DNA of 64,000 bases from the NCBI RefSeq assembly GCF_009914755.1, contig NC_060942.1. The stretch is one strand, 5' to 3'. A model generated the notes under the pieces. That model did no database searches, was not told the DNA's origin, and saw only the letters and a list, made by a program, of their open reading frames with translations. The DNA comes from the human T2T-CHM13v2.0 reference genome, Homo sapiens. Positions 47,110 through 61,255 of the stretch are shown here, in pieces; position 1 is the stretch's first letter; each line of letters begins with the position of its first letter. The translations under genes were made by a program, and so were the position numbers.

Positions 47110-48560
47110 CCTCTTTTAGATACATTTTTAGGTCAGCATTTTAGAACTGATGGAAACACTTTCTGGCCCTTTGATCAGAACTGTATTAATTTCATATCAT
47201 AACTGTAGAGGAACTGGTATCTTGTTCAGGAGCTTGGTGTATTTTTCTGTGTACTCAGGGCTTCTATGTATAATATATCACAAAAGTTTAATAGTTGTCT
47301 TCAATAGGTTTTATATTTTTCTTTGTATATTTATTTCCAGCTGTTTGATGATATTGGTTACTATGGTAAAGAGCACTAAAAAAATCTAATTGGTAGGGTA
47401 GTGTACAAGAAAAACCATTTGTGTTTGCTTATTAATTTTTATTCTGGCCAACTTGATTAAATCTTTTATTAGTCCTACATAGATAATAATATCTTAAATA
47501 ATAGAAGTTTTCTCCTGTCACCCCACTACACGTTTTGAATTAACTGTAGTGACTAGGAATTATAGTATTGAATAATACCTGAGATAACAGGTAAACATAT
47601 CTTGTTCCTAACTTTTATTGATAAGCACTTAATGTCTTACCATTGATTATGATGCTTGCTATTCACAGCAAGATAGAAGTTTTGTCTATTGTTTGCTATT
47701 TCTTTGAAAATCAAGTAGGTTTTGTATTAAATATTTTTTCAGAATCAAATAATACATTTTTTCTTTCATTTGTTAACATAGATAAAAAAATTGATATGCT
47801 AAATTGAACTAGCTACACATAGTTCATATAAATGGCACTTTGTCCACATTTTTAATGCTTTAGAGTCATTCTTATAATTTTAATTCCTAATAGTTTATTT
47901 AGGAGTTTTACATCCACATTTACAAGTGAGACTGACTTCCAGTTTTCCTTGTCTGTGTGTATTCTTTAATCTAATTTGGTATCAGAGTTTTGTTAGCCTT
48001 TTCTAATTCCAGTCTAATTTCTATTTCTAGTTAAGATAATTGCAGTCTTTTTCTACTACCTGGATGTAGTTTCAGAATATAAAAATTATTTGTTTCTTAA
48101 AGATTCAGTAGAAATCACCTAACATTTTCTGAATTTCATGCTTATTTTAGAGATAGATTTTTGACCACCTTATCTTCTTCTGTGATTATTATTGTCTTGA
48201 AATATTCTATTATTTTAGCGAATTTTGGTAATGTATATATTTTTGAAAGCTAATAGTTGTGTCTACAATTTTCAGATGTGTACAAAATATTCTCATGCTT
48301 TCTTGAATCCCTGAGTATATCAGGGATTATATAACTGTAGCTATATCCCATACATTTATCTGTAATTATGTCCCTTTTCTCACTGCTAACATCACTTATT
48401 TGTAGCATTTCTTTTTTCCCCTTTGATCAACCTTGCCAAGGATTTGTCAATTTTCCTGGTTAGTTTAAGAAATCAGGTTTTGATTTATTGCTCCAACTCT
48501 AGTATTGTTTATTTTTTCATTTTGATCGTTTCTGGCTTATGCTTTTCTATCTTTGAAAGT
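47110..48560 (-). mobile_element. Old L1ME-type ORF2 fragment
   Basis: Degenerate antisense L1 motifs (atcttgttcctaactttt; tttggtatcagagtt). Confidence 0.6.
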
Positions 48561-49689
48561 CTTCAAATATAATGCTTTTCTGATCACGTTCTTCTTGAGA
48601 CACGTTCTGTTTTTTGAATGCAGATTACGTATAGTATACATCTCTTCTCTGTCTCTGTCTCTCTCTTTCTCATTCCAGAATACATACTAGAAAATAAGAA
48701 TATAATAAGAAGGGGTTGGTCCTGGTGACTCAACCAATGTTCTTCTCTTCTCGAGTTCAAATAGTACAGCATAAGGCACAAGTCTTTATAGTTCTGTCAA
48801 TTATTTAAAAGTCAAAATTCTATTAAGTTTGTCTGATCTTCCTGTATTCCTTCATGTTAACTTTGAGCAAATGCAACCATCAAACAGACAATGGAAATGC
48901 CTAGTGCCTGAACCACATTTATTCATTCAGTGTACAAGGATTGAAACACGCACACACACACACATGCACACATGCTGGGGCTAGGCACTGTGCTGGCTGC
49001 CAGGACACAGAGATGAGTCAAACAAGGTCCACTGCATAAAAGAAGCCCTGAGAGGAGTGGAGAGAAGCACTCACACGGTGCATAATCCACTGAGACCAGG
49101 CTTTAGTGAGATGTGTACCGAGTGTTCTCAAAGCAAGACGAGCAGTCAGGGATGGATGCTCAGGAAGTGGCATGAATTGAGTCCACGGGGCACTGAAGTA
49201 TGCCAGCCTGTGTTCAAGGCCACGCTTAGTGTGCTTTCCTCTATGCAAGTTAGCAGCAAAGTCCTCCGTGCACACATGCCCAGGAATTTTAAATGCCATT
49301 TCTTTGGGGAAAGGAAAACCAATGTAACTTAATAATATCAAAGTGAAATAAAAGTCTTTTATTTCAGAGGTGGAAAGACCATTGTAAATTAAACTGTAAA
49401 TTTAGTCTAAATCTCACTTCACATTACTTCTGATATTTTTAGCAACACTACTTAAATTCATATTATACTCACTTATCGTTGAGTTTGTGAATAACATGTA
49501 TTTACTTCAACTTATAAATTTTGATATAACCTTTGAACTTTTGGGTTAACCCAAAGAAACATGTAAATGGCAGAAATGTATTGCTATTTAAAGTAATTTA
49601 AATGCGATCTATTTCTACAAATGTTTGTTGCTTTTTTATCTCTGATATCCAAAAATCAGGAGAAAAGGAGGCCTTAAAAGTTGTAATTA

Positions 49690-50013
<324 letters not shown>

Positions 50014-50544
50014 CTAAAAACTGCTTAATTTTTAAAAAAGGTTTTTGTTTTGTTTTGTTTTAAGAAGTAGCAGTTGGTAACTGTCTCTAGCTCAGAGACA
50101 ATACATGGCCAGGAAAAGATTGCTCATCTCAACTCAGAGGATAAGGGCCACAAAACAGCACGTTCAGTGCCAAGAAACCTACGATGTGGCTGTAGCTCAC
50201 ACAGAAGCCCGGGTTCTAGTCCTGAGACCTCCAAGGGAAACTTCTGCCCTTGGAAATTCACCCCTTTTCCAATCATTACGCTAGTATTTCATTGGCAGAA
50301 AGGCAGGCTGCACAATCAGCTGTCATGCCCCCAGCCCTGCATGCATCACCTTTCCACATTCCGTGGGTGTAGGACGAGGCTAGGGCGAGGAGTGGGTAGA
50401 AGAAATTGTATTTGCCTTTGGTAATTTTAAGTTTGACCACTGCATTGCGTTTAGCTGTTTTAACTGTGCAGGTCAGAAAATGTGCCCAGGTTTGCTAAAA
50501 TGAATGCATAAATGCAACTCACGAAGTGCCAGTAGTACTTCCTT

Positions 50545-50563
50545 CAGCCGGCAGAGGGCAGAA
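50545..50563 (+). promoter_or_regulatory. Candidate CTCF site
   Basis: cagCCGGCAGAGGGCAGaa fits the core consensus CCRSYAGRKGGCRS at all 14 positions; motif only, no binding data. Confidence 0.5.
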
Positions 50564-51464
50564 CAGAGGAACAGAACTTCACAAAGCAAGGCGCTGCCTG
50601 TCTTCTCAGACCAAAACACAAACCAGAAGCTGTGTTTTCCTTTGTTTCTTCAGAAAAGTTGTACGTAGAAGAATAGCATTTTTGAAGGAGGACTTTCACC
50701 AAAGCTTTTAATATCAGAATAATATATCCACTTTAGTATTTGATGTGTCCAGTGTCAAGACATCCAGATTCACCCAAACTGTGGCAGGGATGAGGCAGGA
50801 GAGACCCGAATACAGAGCTGTCCAGTGTGCCAATTTCAGTCAATTCTTAGATCAATCCGGAGTGTATAATTCTCAGAAAGGAAAAGATTTGTGGATTTTG
50901 TTATAGTTGTTTCATGCCAATGAACGTTCTCGTCACATTCTGATCGTTTAAAATAAAATGCACTAGATTTACTTTAACACTTTGGTCTCTGAAAGAGAAA
51001 GAAAGCCACGCGGCTTAATAAAAGCAACCCAATGCAAGTATTTGTTTTAAAACTGCCTAGCTAAAACACAGCGCCGCTGGATTACAATTGCCTCTTTGCT
51101 GAAGCAAAACACACATGGTGCTTAGATTCTACTTCAGCCTGAACTCCTTTTGAAAGGAAAGGGAGAAAGCTGTAGTGGAATGTGATTCACAATTCAGCCT
51201 TTCTATAAGGCCTGACACTCCCATGAGGCTTAAATGGAATCACACAGTGAATTTTCCACCGGCGAAATTTACTAGGGAAAGCCGTCTGGAAGCTGTCTTT
51301 TAGTAGAAGCACAGGAAGCCCGTGCGATCGATGAAGAATACCGACCCTCCTCTAGCTACGTCTGGCTCCCCTTTCCCTATCCTGCTTCCCAATGTACTTG
51401 TTCCCCATGACCCAGAATGGATTACAATGCCTTCTGCCTCACCATTATGAAAAAAGGGATTTCA

Positions 51465-51628
51465 GGGTTTCTTTCTGGGGGGATGAAATTGAAAGGTTTT
51501 AATATTTAGGCTGTAGTGATGGTTGCGTAGCACTGCTAATAAATATACCAAAAACCGTTGAACTACACATTTTAAATTGGTGAACTGAGTGATGTGTAAA
51601 TTATTTCTTAACAAAGCTGTTAAAAATA
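51465..51628 (+). mobile_element. L1ME/MC 3' end
   Basis: ggtttctttctggggg...gtgatggttgc...ttgaactacacattttaaa...caaagctgttaaaaa. Confidence 0.7.
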
Positions 51629-51882
51629 AATTGATTTATCTCTCTACGATAGAAATGAATGTAATGTAATGAATAGTAATATTGAAACTCGCTTGCTTTT
51701 TAGCTAAAATGAGAGTCAAAGCAACATTATTTGATTGCCAGATTCTATTTCCTTTTAAGTTTTTTATTCTTCCATTTGGTGTTTGTGTGTCTGATTTTCT
51801 TTCTAGATTTTTCTTTTAGTGTTTCAGGTCCGAAGAAAAATCTTGGTTTTTGTTTATTTACTCTAAGAATTGAAAAATCTAT

Positions 51883-52467
51883 AGATGGGGTGCAGAAAAT
51901 GCTACCTCAAAATATAGCCCCTAGGCATACTGAGTAACTTGAGAAAACAGTGGAAGCAGGGACATCTCTGACTTTCTCCTATTCCCTCTCTCCTGAAGCA
52001 GATCATAGAAACTGACATTCTTCTGTCCCCTGACTCCCCTGAAGTGGGCCATAGAAGCTAGAATTCCCTTCATACCTTCTTCCCTGAAGTAGGTCATAAA
52101 ACACAGGAAGACCACTCTCTGACCATCTACCTCTCTCCTCCCATAATAACCCTCATACCCTGAAGAAAGGAATGTCACACAGAGAGGACATGAAGAATCC
52201 AAACAGACAGGCCTTGTTCAGTTCCCCCAGCTTATCACCATTAGATCACACCCATTGGTCCTCCAATCACACTACTGTGTGACTGTCAATACAAATACAG
52301 TTTTTCCTGGGGCTTTGGGTCTCCTTTCTGAAGGCTCCTACGTCAGGTAAAATTTATATTAAATAAGTCTGTATGTTTTGCTCTTGTTCATCTCTCTTTT
52401 GTTATAGGGGTCTCAGCCATGAACCTGTAATTGGATGAGGAAAAGGTATTATCATTTCTCCCATACC
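51883..52467 (+). mobile_element. ERV1 solo LTR (MER31/MER34-like)
   Basis: cagaaaatgctacctcaaaata start; three internal cctgaag..ata repeats; ttaaataa signal region; MER4-group 3' end. Confidence 0.7.
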
Positions 52468-52699
52468 CTGTATTACACAATAAAAAAAAAACCAGTAACA
52501 TCTTGTATTTGTCCTATTTGAAAATTTTATTTATTAGCATTAGCTAATAAATTATTTGTATATATGCAAAACAAGATTGGAAATGACTTCCTGTTATATG
52601 AAAATGATTTCATCATGTGATATAACAGCTAAATATTTTAAAGCAACTTTAGGCAGCATTTAATAAAGGTGCTAACAGTGAGGAAGGAAGTATCTTCTA

Positions 52700-53030
52700 C
52701 TTGGTACAGGTCAGACACATCTGGGGTTTGGTGTTAGCTTTAAACAACAGTGTAGCCTGGAATATTTCCAGTAGAAGGAGAAAGGGCTCAGGCACACTTA
52801 GGAGAAACCTATTTCTACCTCCAAATAATGGAAGGGCTGTCACATGAAAGAATGAACTTCTTTGACACAGCTCTTACAGTATAAAATTGTATTTGTTTTA
52901 CAAATAGTACAACAGGTATAAGTTCTAAGGAGACACGAAAGAACTCCGTAATGTTTGGAGCTGTCTAAATGGGAGTGAGTTACTTCATTAAACAGTGAGC
53001 TCCTATTTGAGAAGTGTGGCTCATGACCTG
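52700..53030 (+). mobile_element. CR1/L3 remnant
   Basis: ggaagggctgtcac...aaagaact...ggagctgtct...gtgagctcc CR1-like motifs. Confidence 0.45.
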
Positions 53031-53199
53031 GAAATGATTATATTGTGGGAAGGATGTGCTAATTCCAGGTCCAGCTTGTAACTGATATCTGGTGCCATCC
53101 GCAACTGGCACTCGGGGTGTCCTTTGGGGAAGTGGTTGTGTGTGGACTAACTAAGCTATATCACTTGATGATCAGATCATTTTGCCAAAGCACACCTAT

Positions 53200-53384
53200 G
53201 CCAGCTTTTAAAAGGCTCATGTAATTATATTAGGCCCACTAAAATAATCAACTTTTTGCCATTTAACATAACATAATTAAGGGAGTGATATCTCCTCATC
53301 TTCAGAGGTTCCACCCACACTCAAAAGGAGGGAATTGTACATCAGCGTGGGGCATTAGGCCACTCTTAGAATTCTGCACTTCAC
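53200..53384 (-). mobile_element. MaLR LTR fragment (MLT1D-like)
   Basis: ttttaaaaggctcatgtaattatattaggccc...ttagaattctgcacttcaca. Confidence 0.65.
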
Positions 53385-53980
53385 AGGGTGACTGGAATTA
53401 AAACATTCCATGGTTACTGTAGTGTTCAGAGAAGGCTAAAGTGTCCATTGGCTTTGGAGCTCCTGCTTCACTACTTGGAGACCTGTATTTTTTTTCAGCT
53501 CTTGATGCTGGAAGGAAGGTTCTTTCCAACTTGATGAAACAATCACCAAATATACACCAGTGGGGGCTTTCCTGAGCCCCTGCTCCTGAACCAGGTCCTC
53601 TCCTTCCTCATTCACTCCTAGAATCTCTAGGACTCCAGCCTATACCAAGTTCAAAACTTGTCCAGATCTAACTTTAATGAATGTAATCACCATTAATCCT
53701 AACTCAAACTATTTCCCCCATATTTTTTTTTATTTTAAATCATTCTTCTTTACGTCTTTCTTGCTTAATTTCTCCTAAGAAGCAAGATTTGGGTTCGATT
53801 TTCCTTTTCTAGGTGTTTTTTTGTTTGTTTGTTTATTTGTTTTTTGTGGGGACAGGACTCAAGTCTTGAAATGTGAAATATATATATTCATATTATCTAT
53901 ATTGTGTGTATACATACATATATGTTTCACATGTGTAGAAGATTTCTCTCGTCTCCAAAAAAAAAGGATACACAGATACA

Positions 53981-54325
53981 CAGTCATGCATTGCTTAACG
54001 ATGGGGATACCTTCTGAGAAATGTGTTGCTATCCAAATCTGTCATTGTGTGAATATTACAGAATTTATTTACACAGACCTGGATGACCTAGCCTACTAAA
54101 CACCTAGACTATACGGTATAGCATATTGCTCCCAGGCTGCAAAGCTGTGCAGCATGTGACTGTACTAGATGCTGTAGGCAAATGTAACAATGGTAAGTAT
54201 TTGTGTTATTTAAACATATTGAAACAAAGAAAAAGTACAGTAAAATACATTGTTATAGTCTTATGGGACCACTATCCTATATGTATACCATTGTTGACTG
54301 AGCATCATTATGTGGTGCGTGACTG
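53981..54325 (+). mobile_element. Tigger3a (MER7-type) MITE
   Basis: TIRs cagtcatgca / tgcgtgactg; internal gcttaacgatggggatac...ttatgggacca. Confidence 0.85.
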
Positions 54326-56557
54326 TCTATATCCTTGGTAATATGGATTACTCTTAAGCCATTAATCCCCCCAGTGTGTACTCATGGAATGGTAACTGAC
54401 TATAGAATTAAGCTTAACAAATCATAATTAGGAAAACAAATCATCCATAAAAAATACTGTGCACAGGCAGTTTCCAAGTTATGAATATATCAGGTCCCCA
54501 TAGTTTACTTTTCAGTCAATTGTTTAGAGCCTAGTCCTAGAGATACTATATTTTGGGGAAAATGCTGGTTAGGTTTCTGGGTTCCCTGTGGGTTTGATCA
54601 GCCCATAATGAAAATGAATTATAGTAGTAATAGTAAAAGAGATCAGGATTCTGGGAACAAAAGAAAATTTTACTCCTTATTTTTTATTGAGTAGGGCTAT
54701 CTGGGAGAATATTTGGAAATAGTTTGCTTTTTATATTTTTCACTCTTTGCACATTTTGTTAATTTACTTTTATTCCTCTACTATTGCTCAGAAAGTCCCC
54801 TGAGATTCCTGGGATTTTCTGACTGCCCATCTTGCCTCACTGGCCAACAGCACCATGCTCCCTGTCCCAGGCGGGCTCTTCTTCCAAAAGTCCTATCGAC
54901 TTACAAATCCTTTTTCCTCCCAAATGCAAATGAAGCTCTCTTCATTTCATGAAGCTGATCTCATCTAAAGGTTATGATATTAGCCGTGGTTTTTTTCTAG
55001 GTGCTCTGTATCAAGTGGAGGAAGCTGCCTTCCATTCCCAGTTTGTCGGTTTTTATCGTGAAGGGCTGTAGAATTTCGTCATATACTTTTTCTGTGTCTA
55101 TTAAGATGATCTTCTGAGTTTTTTTCTGTTGTATTGATATGATGTATTACATTATTTGAGTTTTGAATGCTGAACCAACCTCACATTTCTGAAATAAATC
55201 CCATTAGGTCAAGGTGAATAATCCTTTTTCTATGTTGCTTGATTCAGTTTGCTAGTGTTTTGTTGAAGATTTTCATGTCTATATTCATAAGGGATATTAG
55301 TCTGCAGAGTTTTGTTGTTTTTTTCCTTGAGATGTCTTTGCCTGGTTTTGATATTAGCAAAACGCTGGCATCATAGAATAAGTTAGGAAGTGTTTTCTCT
55401 CCTCTCCTATTATTAAGAAGACTTTACAAAGGATTGGTATTCATTCTTCATAATAAAATTTCTGGAATAACTTATCAGTGAAGTCATCTGAACTATGGAT
55501 TTTCTTTATGGAAAATGTAAAAATTACTAATTCAATTTTTTAAGTTGCAGTTTTTAAATTAGTGATTCAGTCTCTTATAGGTCGATTTAGATTTTCTCTT
55601 TGTCTGATAATTCGTGTTTTTCTAGGAATTTGTCCATTTCATCTAAGTTATCTAATTTGTGGGCACACATTATTATATAATGTTTCTTTATAATCCTTTT
55701 TATTTTTGTAAGATGGGTAGTGCTGTTCACTTTTTCATTCCTGATTTTGGTAATGTGAATCTCATCTTTCTTCTTTCGGTCAGTCTAACTAAAGGGATGC
55801 CAGCTTTGTTGATGTTTTCAAATAATAAATTTTTTGTTTTATTGATTTTTCTCTTTTGTTTTTGTTTTTTATTTATTCTGTAATAAAATAACATAATAAT
55901 AATAATTATTATTTATATTTGCTTTAACTTTAGTTTTTTTCCTAGCATCTTAAGATGGAAGATGGTTATTTATTTGAGATCTTTCTTCTTTTTTAATGTA
56001 GGCACTTACAGCTACAAACTTCCCTGTGATCACTGCTTTAGCTACAATCCATACATTTTGGTACGTTGTACTTTAATTTTCATTTCTTTCTAATTTCCCT
56101 TGTGACTTCTGTCTTTGACTCATTAGTTATTTAGGATGCGTTGGGTAATTTCCACATACTTGAGAATTTCCCCATTTTTTTCTGTTGTTGATTTCTAATT
56201 TAATTCTGTTGTGGTAAGAAAAAATAATTTTTTATTATTTTAATTTCTTTGAATTTATTGAGGCTTGTCTATGGACTCCTATATGGTCTACCTTGGAAAA
56301 TGTTTCATGTGTACTTCAGAAGAATATTCTGTTGCTGTTGGGTGGAGGATTCTATAGATGTCTGTTAGATCTTGTTAGTTTATACTGTTCGAGTTTTTGA
56401 TTTCCTTGTTTATCTACTGTCTAGTAATTCTATTCATTATGGAAAGTAGGGTGCTGAAACATTTATTATTGTTGAATTATCCATTTCTCCCTTCAGTTCT
56501 GTCAATTGCTGTTGTTGTATTTTGGGGTTGCATTGTTAGGTGCAGTATAGCATATAT

Positions 56558-58580
56558 TTTCAACTTTTATCTTAGATTTAGGGTATACATGTGCAGGTTT
56601 GTTACCTGGGAATATTGTGTGATGCTGAGGTTTGGGGTACAATTTATCCCATCACTAAGCATGGTACCCAATAGTTACTTTTTCAGCTCTTGCCCCTCAC
56701 CTCTCTCCCCTCTCCAGTAGTCACCAGTGTCCATTTTTGCTATCTTTATATCCATGTGTATCCAATATTTAGCTCCCAGTTAAAATTGAGAACATGTAGT
56801 ATTTCATTTTCTGTTCCCGTGTTAATTTGCTTAGGGTATTGGCCTTTAGCTGAATCCATGTTGCTGCAAAGGACATGATTTTATTCTTTTTTTTATAGCT
56901 ATGTAGTATTCTGTGGTATGTATGTACCACATTTCCTTTATCCAATCCATTGCTGATGGGCAACTAGGTTGAGTCCATGTCTTCGCTATTGTAAATAGTG
57001 TTGTGATGAACATATGAACACGTGTCTTTTTAGTAGAACAATTTATTTTCCACTGGATATATATTCAGTTACGGGATTGCTGGGTTGAATGGTAGTTCCG
57101 TTTTAAATTATTTGAGAAATCTCCAAACTGCTTTCCACAGTGACTGAAATAATTTACATTTCCACCAACAGTGTCTAAGCATTCTCTTTTCTTTTCAGTC
57201 TCACCAGCATCTGCTGTTTTTGGACTTTTTAGTAATAATCATTCTGAATGGTGTGAGATGGTATCTCATTGTGGTTTTGATTTTCATTCCCTGATGATTA
57301 GTGATGTTGAACTTTTTTCGAAAGTTTGTTGACCGTTTGTGAATCTTCTTTTGAGAAGTGTCTGTTCATGTCTTTTGACATGAACATTTTTAATGGGGTT
57401 ATTATTATTATTTTCTGGCTTGTTCAGTTGTTTAAATTCCTTTTAGATTCTGGGTATTAGACCTTTGTCATATGCATAGTTTGCAAATATTTTCTCCCAT
57501 TCTGTAGGTTATCTGTTTACTCTACTGATAGTTTGTATGGCTGTACAGAAACTCTTTAATTAGTTCCCTCTTACCAATTTTGGTTTTAGTTGCATCTGCT
57601 TTTGAGAACTTAGTCGTAAATTCTTTCTCAAGGCAGAAGTCCAGGATGGTGTTTCCTAGCTTTTATTCTAGAATAAAAGTCTGAAATCTTATATTTAAAT
57701 CTATAATCCATCTGGAATTAATTTTCGTATATGGTGAAACATAGGGGTCTAGTTTCATCCTTTTGCAAATGGCTAGCCAGCTATTCCAGCACCATTTATT
57801 GAATAGTGAGTCCTTTTCCCACTGCTTATTTTTATTGACTTTGTCAAAGATCAGATGTCTGTAGCTCTGTGGCTCTATTACTAGGTTTTCTATTCTGTTC
57901 CATTGGTCTATGTGTCTGTTTTTTTGCCAGTACCATGCTGTTTTAATTATTGTAGCCTTATAGTATAGTTTGAAGTTGAGTAATGTGATGCCTCTGGCTT
58001 TTTTTTTTTTTTTTTTTTGGTTTGCTTAGAATTGCTTTGGATAATTTTTTTTTTGGTTCCATATGAATTTTAGAATGGTTTTTTGTCTAATTCTGTGAAA
58101 ATGATATTAGTTTGATAGGAATAGTGTTGAATCTACAGATTGTTTTAATGATATTGATACTTCCAATACATGAGCATGGAATGTTTTTCCATTTGCTTGT
58201 GACATCTGTGATTTCTTTCAGCAGTATTTTGTAGCTCTCCTTGTAGAGATCTTTCACCTCCTTGGTTAGCTGTATTCCTAGATATTTTACTTTATTATTA
58301 TTTTTTGTGACAATTGTAAATGGGATTGCTTTCTTGATTTGGCTCTCTGCTTGAATGCTACTGGTGTATAGAAATGCTACTGATTTTGGTACATTGATTT
58401 TGTATCCTGAAACTTCACTGAAGTTGTTTAACAGTTTCAGGAGGTTTTTGATGAAGTCTTTAGAGTTTTGTAGGTATAGGATCTTATCGTCAGTGAAGAG
58501 AGATAGTTTGACTTCTTCTTTTCCTATTTAGATGTCTTTTATTTCTTTTTTCGTGTCTGGTTGCTCTGGGTATGACTTCT
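56558..58580 (-). mobile_element. 5'-truncated L1 (L1PA16/L1PB-like) nested in L1M
   Basis: Antisense 3' UTR catgtgcaggtttgttacctgggaatattg; TSD gcatatat (56550 / 58581). Confidence 0.88.
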
Positions 58581-59302
58581 GCATATATGTTTATAATTGT
58601 TATATTCTCCTTGTGGATTAACCCTGTTATCTTTATGAAATATTTCCCATTATCTCTAGCAATATTTTTGTTTCTTAGTTTATGTATGTCGTCTCATATT
58701 TATATGGCCACTCTAGCTCTTTTAAGGTTTCTGTTTGCATGGTATATCTTTTTCTATCATTTTACTTTCAACCTACTTGTATATTTGAATGTAAAATGTG
58801 TCCTGTAGAGAGTATATAGTTGGGCTTTGTTATTTTTCCAGTCTGATAGTCTCTGCCTTTTGATTGGATTGTACATATTTAATATTTTATTGTAATACTT
58901 AGATTTAATCTGTCATTGTTTTTATTTGTTTTGTCATTGTTTTCTGTATGTCTCATGTTTGTTTCATTCCTTTCTTCTTTACTGCCTTGTTTAGTGTTAA
59001 GCAAATATTTTCTAGTGTGATATTTATTTAACTTATCTTAATGATCTTTAAATAATATATGCATTATTCTCTTAGTGATGTCTCTAGTGCTTACCATGCA
59101 TGTCTTATCAAAATCGACTTCAGATTTATATAAAATTCATTCCAACAAAATAAAGAAATTTTACTCATATATGTGTCTATTCCTTTCCCCTCTTTTGGGT
59201 ACTATTAATGTTGTGTATATTGAGCTAAATATGTTACAAACCAAAAAATACATTGTTATAATTTTACATAATCTTATGTTTTTTTTTTTTTAACAAAACT
59301 GA

Positions 59303-59705
<403 letters not shown>

Positions 59706-60855
59706 CATCTGGTGTCATTTTCTTACTGTGATATAGTTTTGCTCCTACCAACCTTCTCTGCACTGTTTTTGTCAAAAATATTAAATTTCTATATATTATA
59801 AACTCACTAATATAATGATACACATATTTTTGTGCAATTTGTCCTTTAAATCAGTTTAGAGAAGAAAGGGGAATGAATATTCAATTACACTGTCTTTCTT
59901 ACTGACCTACATCATTACCTTTATTAGCACTCTTTCTTTTCTCGTGCAGATTCAAATTATTCTCTGGTGTGGTTTGCTTTTAGTCTTAAAAACTCTCTTT
60001 AGTATTTCTTGTAAGGGGGTTAACAAACAGCATTTGTGTATCTCAGAATGTTTTTATTTTGCCTTCATTTTTCAAAGATAATTTTGGTAGATTCTTGTTG
60101 ACCTTTTTTACTTTTTAGCACTTCAAATATGTCATACCATTGCCTCCAATATTTCTAATAAGAAGACAATTGTTAATCTTTTTGAGATTCCCTTGCAAGT
60201 GGTGAGTCATTTCTTTCTTGCTGTTTTCTCCTTCTACATTTTGACTATAATGTGTCCGAGCGTGAATTTCTTTGTATTTCTCCTACTTGGAGTTTATTGA
60301 GCTTCTTGACTCTGTAGAAAAATGCTTTTCATCATATTTAGGAATTTTTCAGACATTGTTTCCTTGAATATTTTTTTCTGCTCCTTTCTCTTTCTCTTCT
60401 CCTTCTGGCACTTCTATTATGCATAAACTGGTACACTGAATGGTGTTCCACTCTATTCTTTCAGGCACTGTTTATTTTTCCTCATTCTTTTTTTTCTCTT
60501 TTGGATTACATAATCTCTACTGATCTTCTTCAAGGTCAGTTTCTTTCTTCTACCAGCTCAGACTGTCTCTCGAGACCCTTTAGTCATTGTTTTATTTATA
60601 TTTTTGTACTTTTCAAATTCAGAATTTTCATTTGGTACCTTTAAAAATAATTTCTCTTTTACTGGCATTTTCTATTTGATTAGATATTGTTATCATACAT
60701 TTTCTTTAATTCTTTAGACATGATCTCATTCAGTTCTCTGAACTTATTTAAAATGTGTGATGTCATTGTCTGCTAAGTCAATTATTTAGGCTCCTTCAAA
60801 AGCAGTTTCTATTCCCTGCCTTTCTTCTGTCTGTGTATCTACTATGAGCTGAATA

Positions 60856-61255
60856 TGTTATGGGATGAAGTGTTTCTCCCCAAAATTCACAGATTGAAGT
60901 CCTAACCTCCAATATCTCAGAATGTGACTGTATTTGGAGACAGGGCCTTTCAAAGAGGTAATTAGGTAAAATGAGGTCATATGAGTGGGCCCTAATGGAA
61001 TACCACTGGTGTCCTTCCAAAAAGAGGAGATTAGATACACACACAAAGGGAAGATCACGTGAAGACAGCATGTGAAGACCACGTGGAGGGAGGTGGCCAT
61101 CTACAAGTTAAGGAGAGAGGGCTCAAAAGAAACCAACACTGCTTACATCTTGATCTTAGACTTCTAGCATCCAGAATTTTGAGAAAATAAATTTCTATTG
61201 TTTAAGCCACATAGTCTGTAGTACTTTGTTATGGTGTCCCTAGCAAATTAATACA
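60856..61255 (+). mobile_element. MaLR solo LTR (MLT1A/B-like)
   Basis: tgttatgggatgaa...gaaaataaatttct...ttaataCA. Confidence 0.88.

Noticed and set aside
51321-51338. cgtgcgatcgatgaagaa resembles 5.8S rRNA CGTGCGTCGATGAAGAA
   Set aside because: Only 17 nt with a gap; flanks do not extend the match and there is no TSD, so chance is plausible.
51990-52100. Three spaced cctgaag...ata repeats, superficially like a repeat-spacer array
   Set aside because: Degenerate internal repeats of a MER31/MER34-like LTR; eukaryotic context with no cas genes.
53490-53600. Possible splice acceptor tttttttcag and exon
   Set aside because: No convincing donor or coding signal; such acceptors are common by chance.
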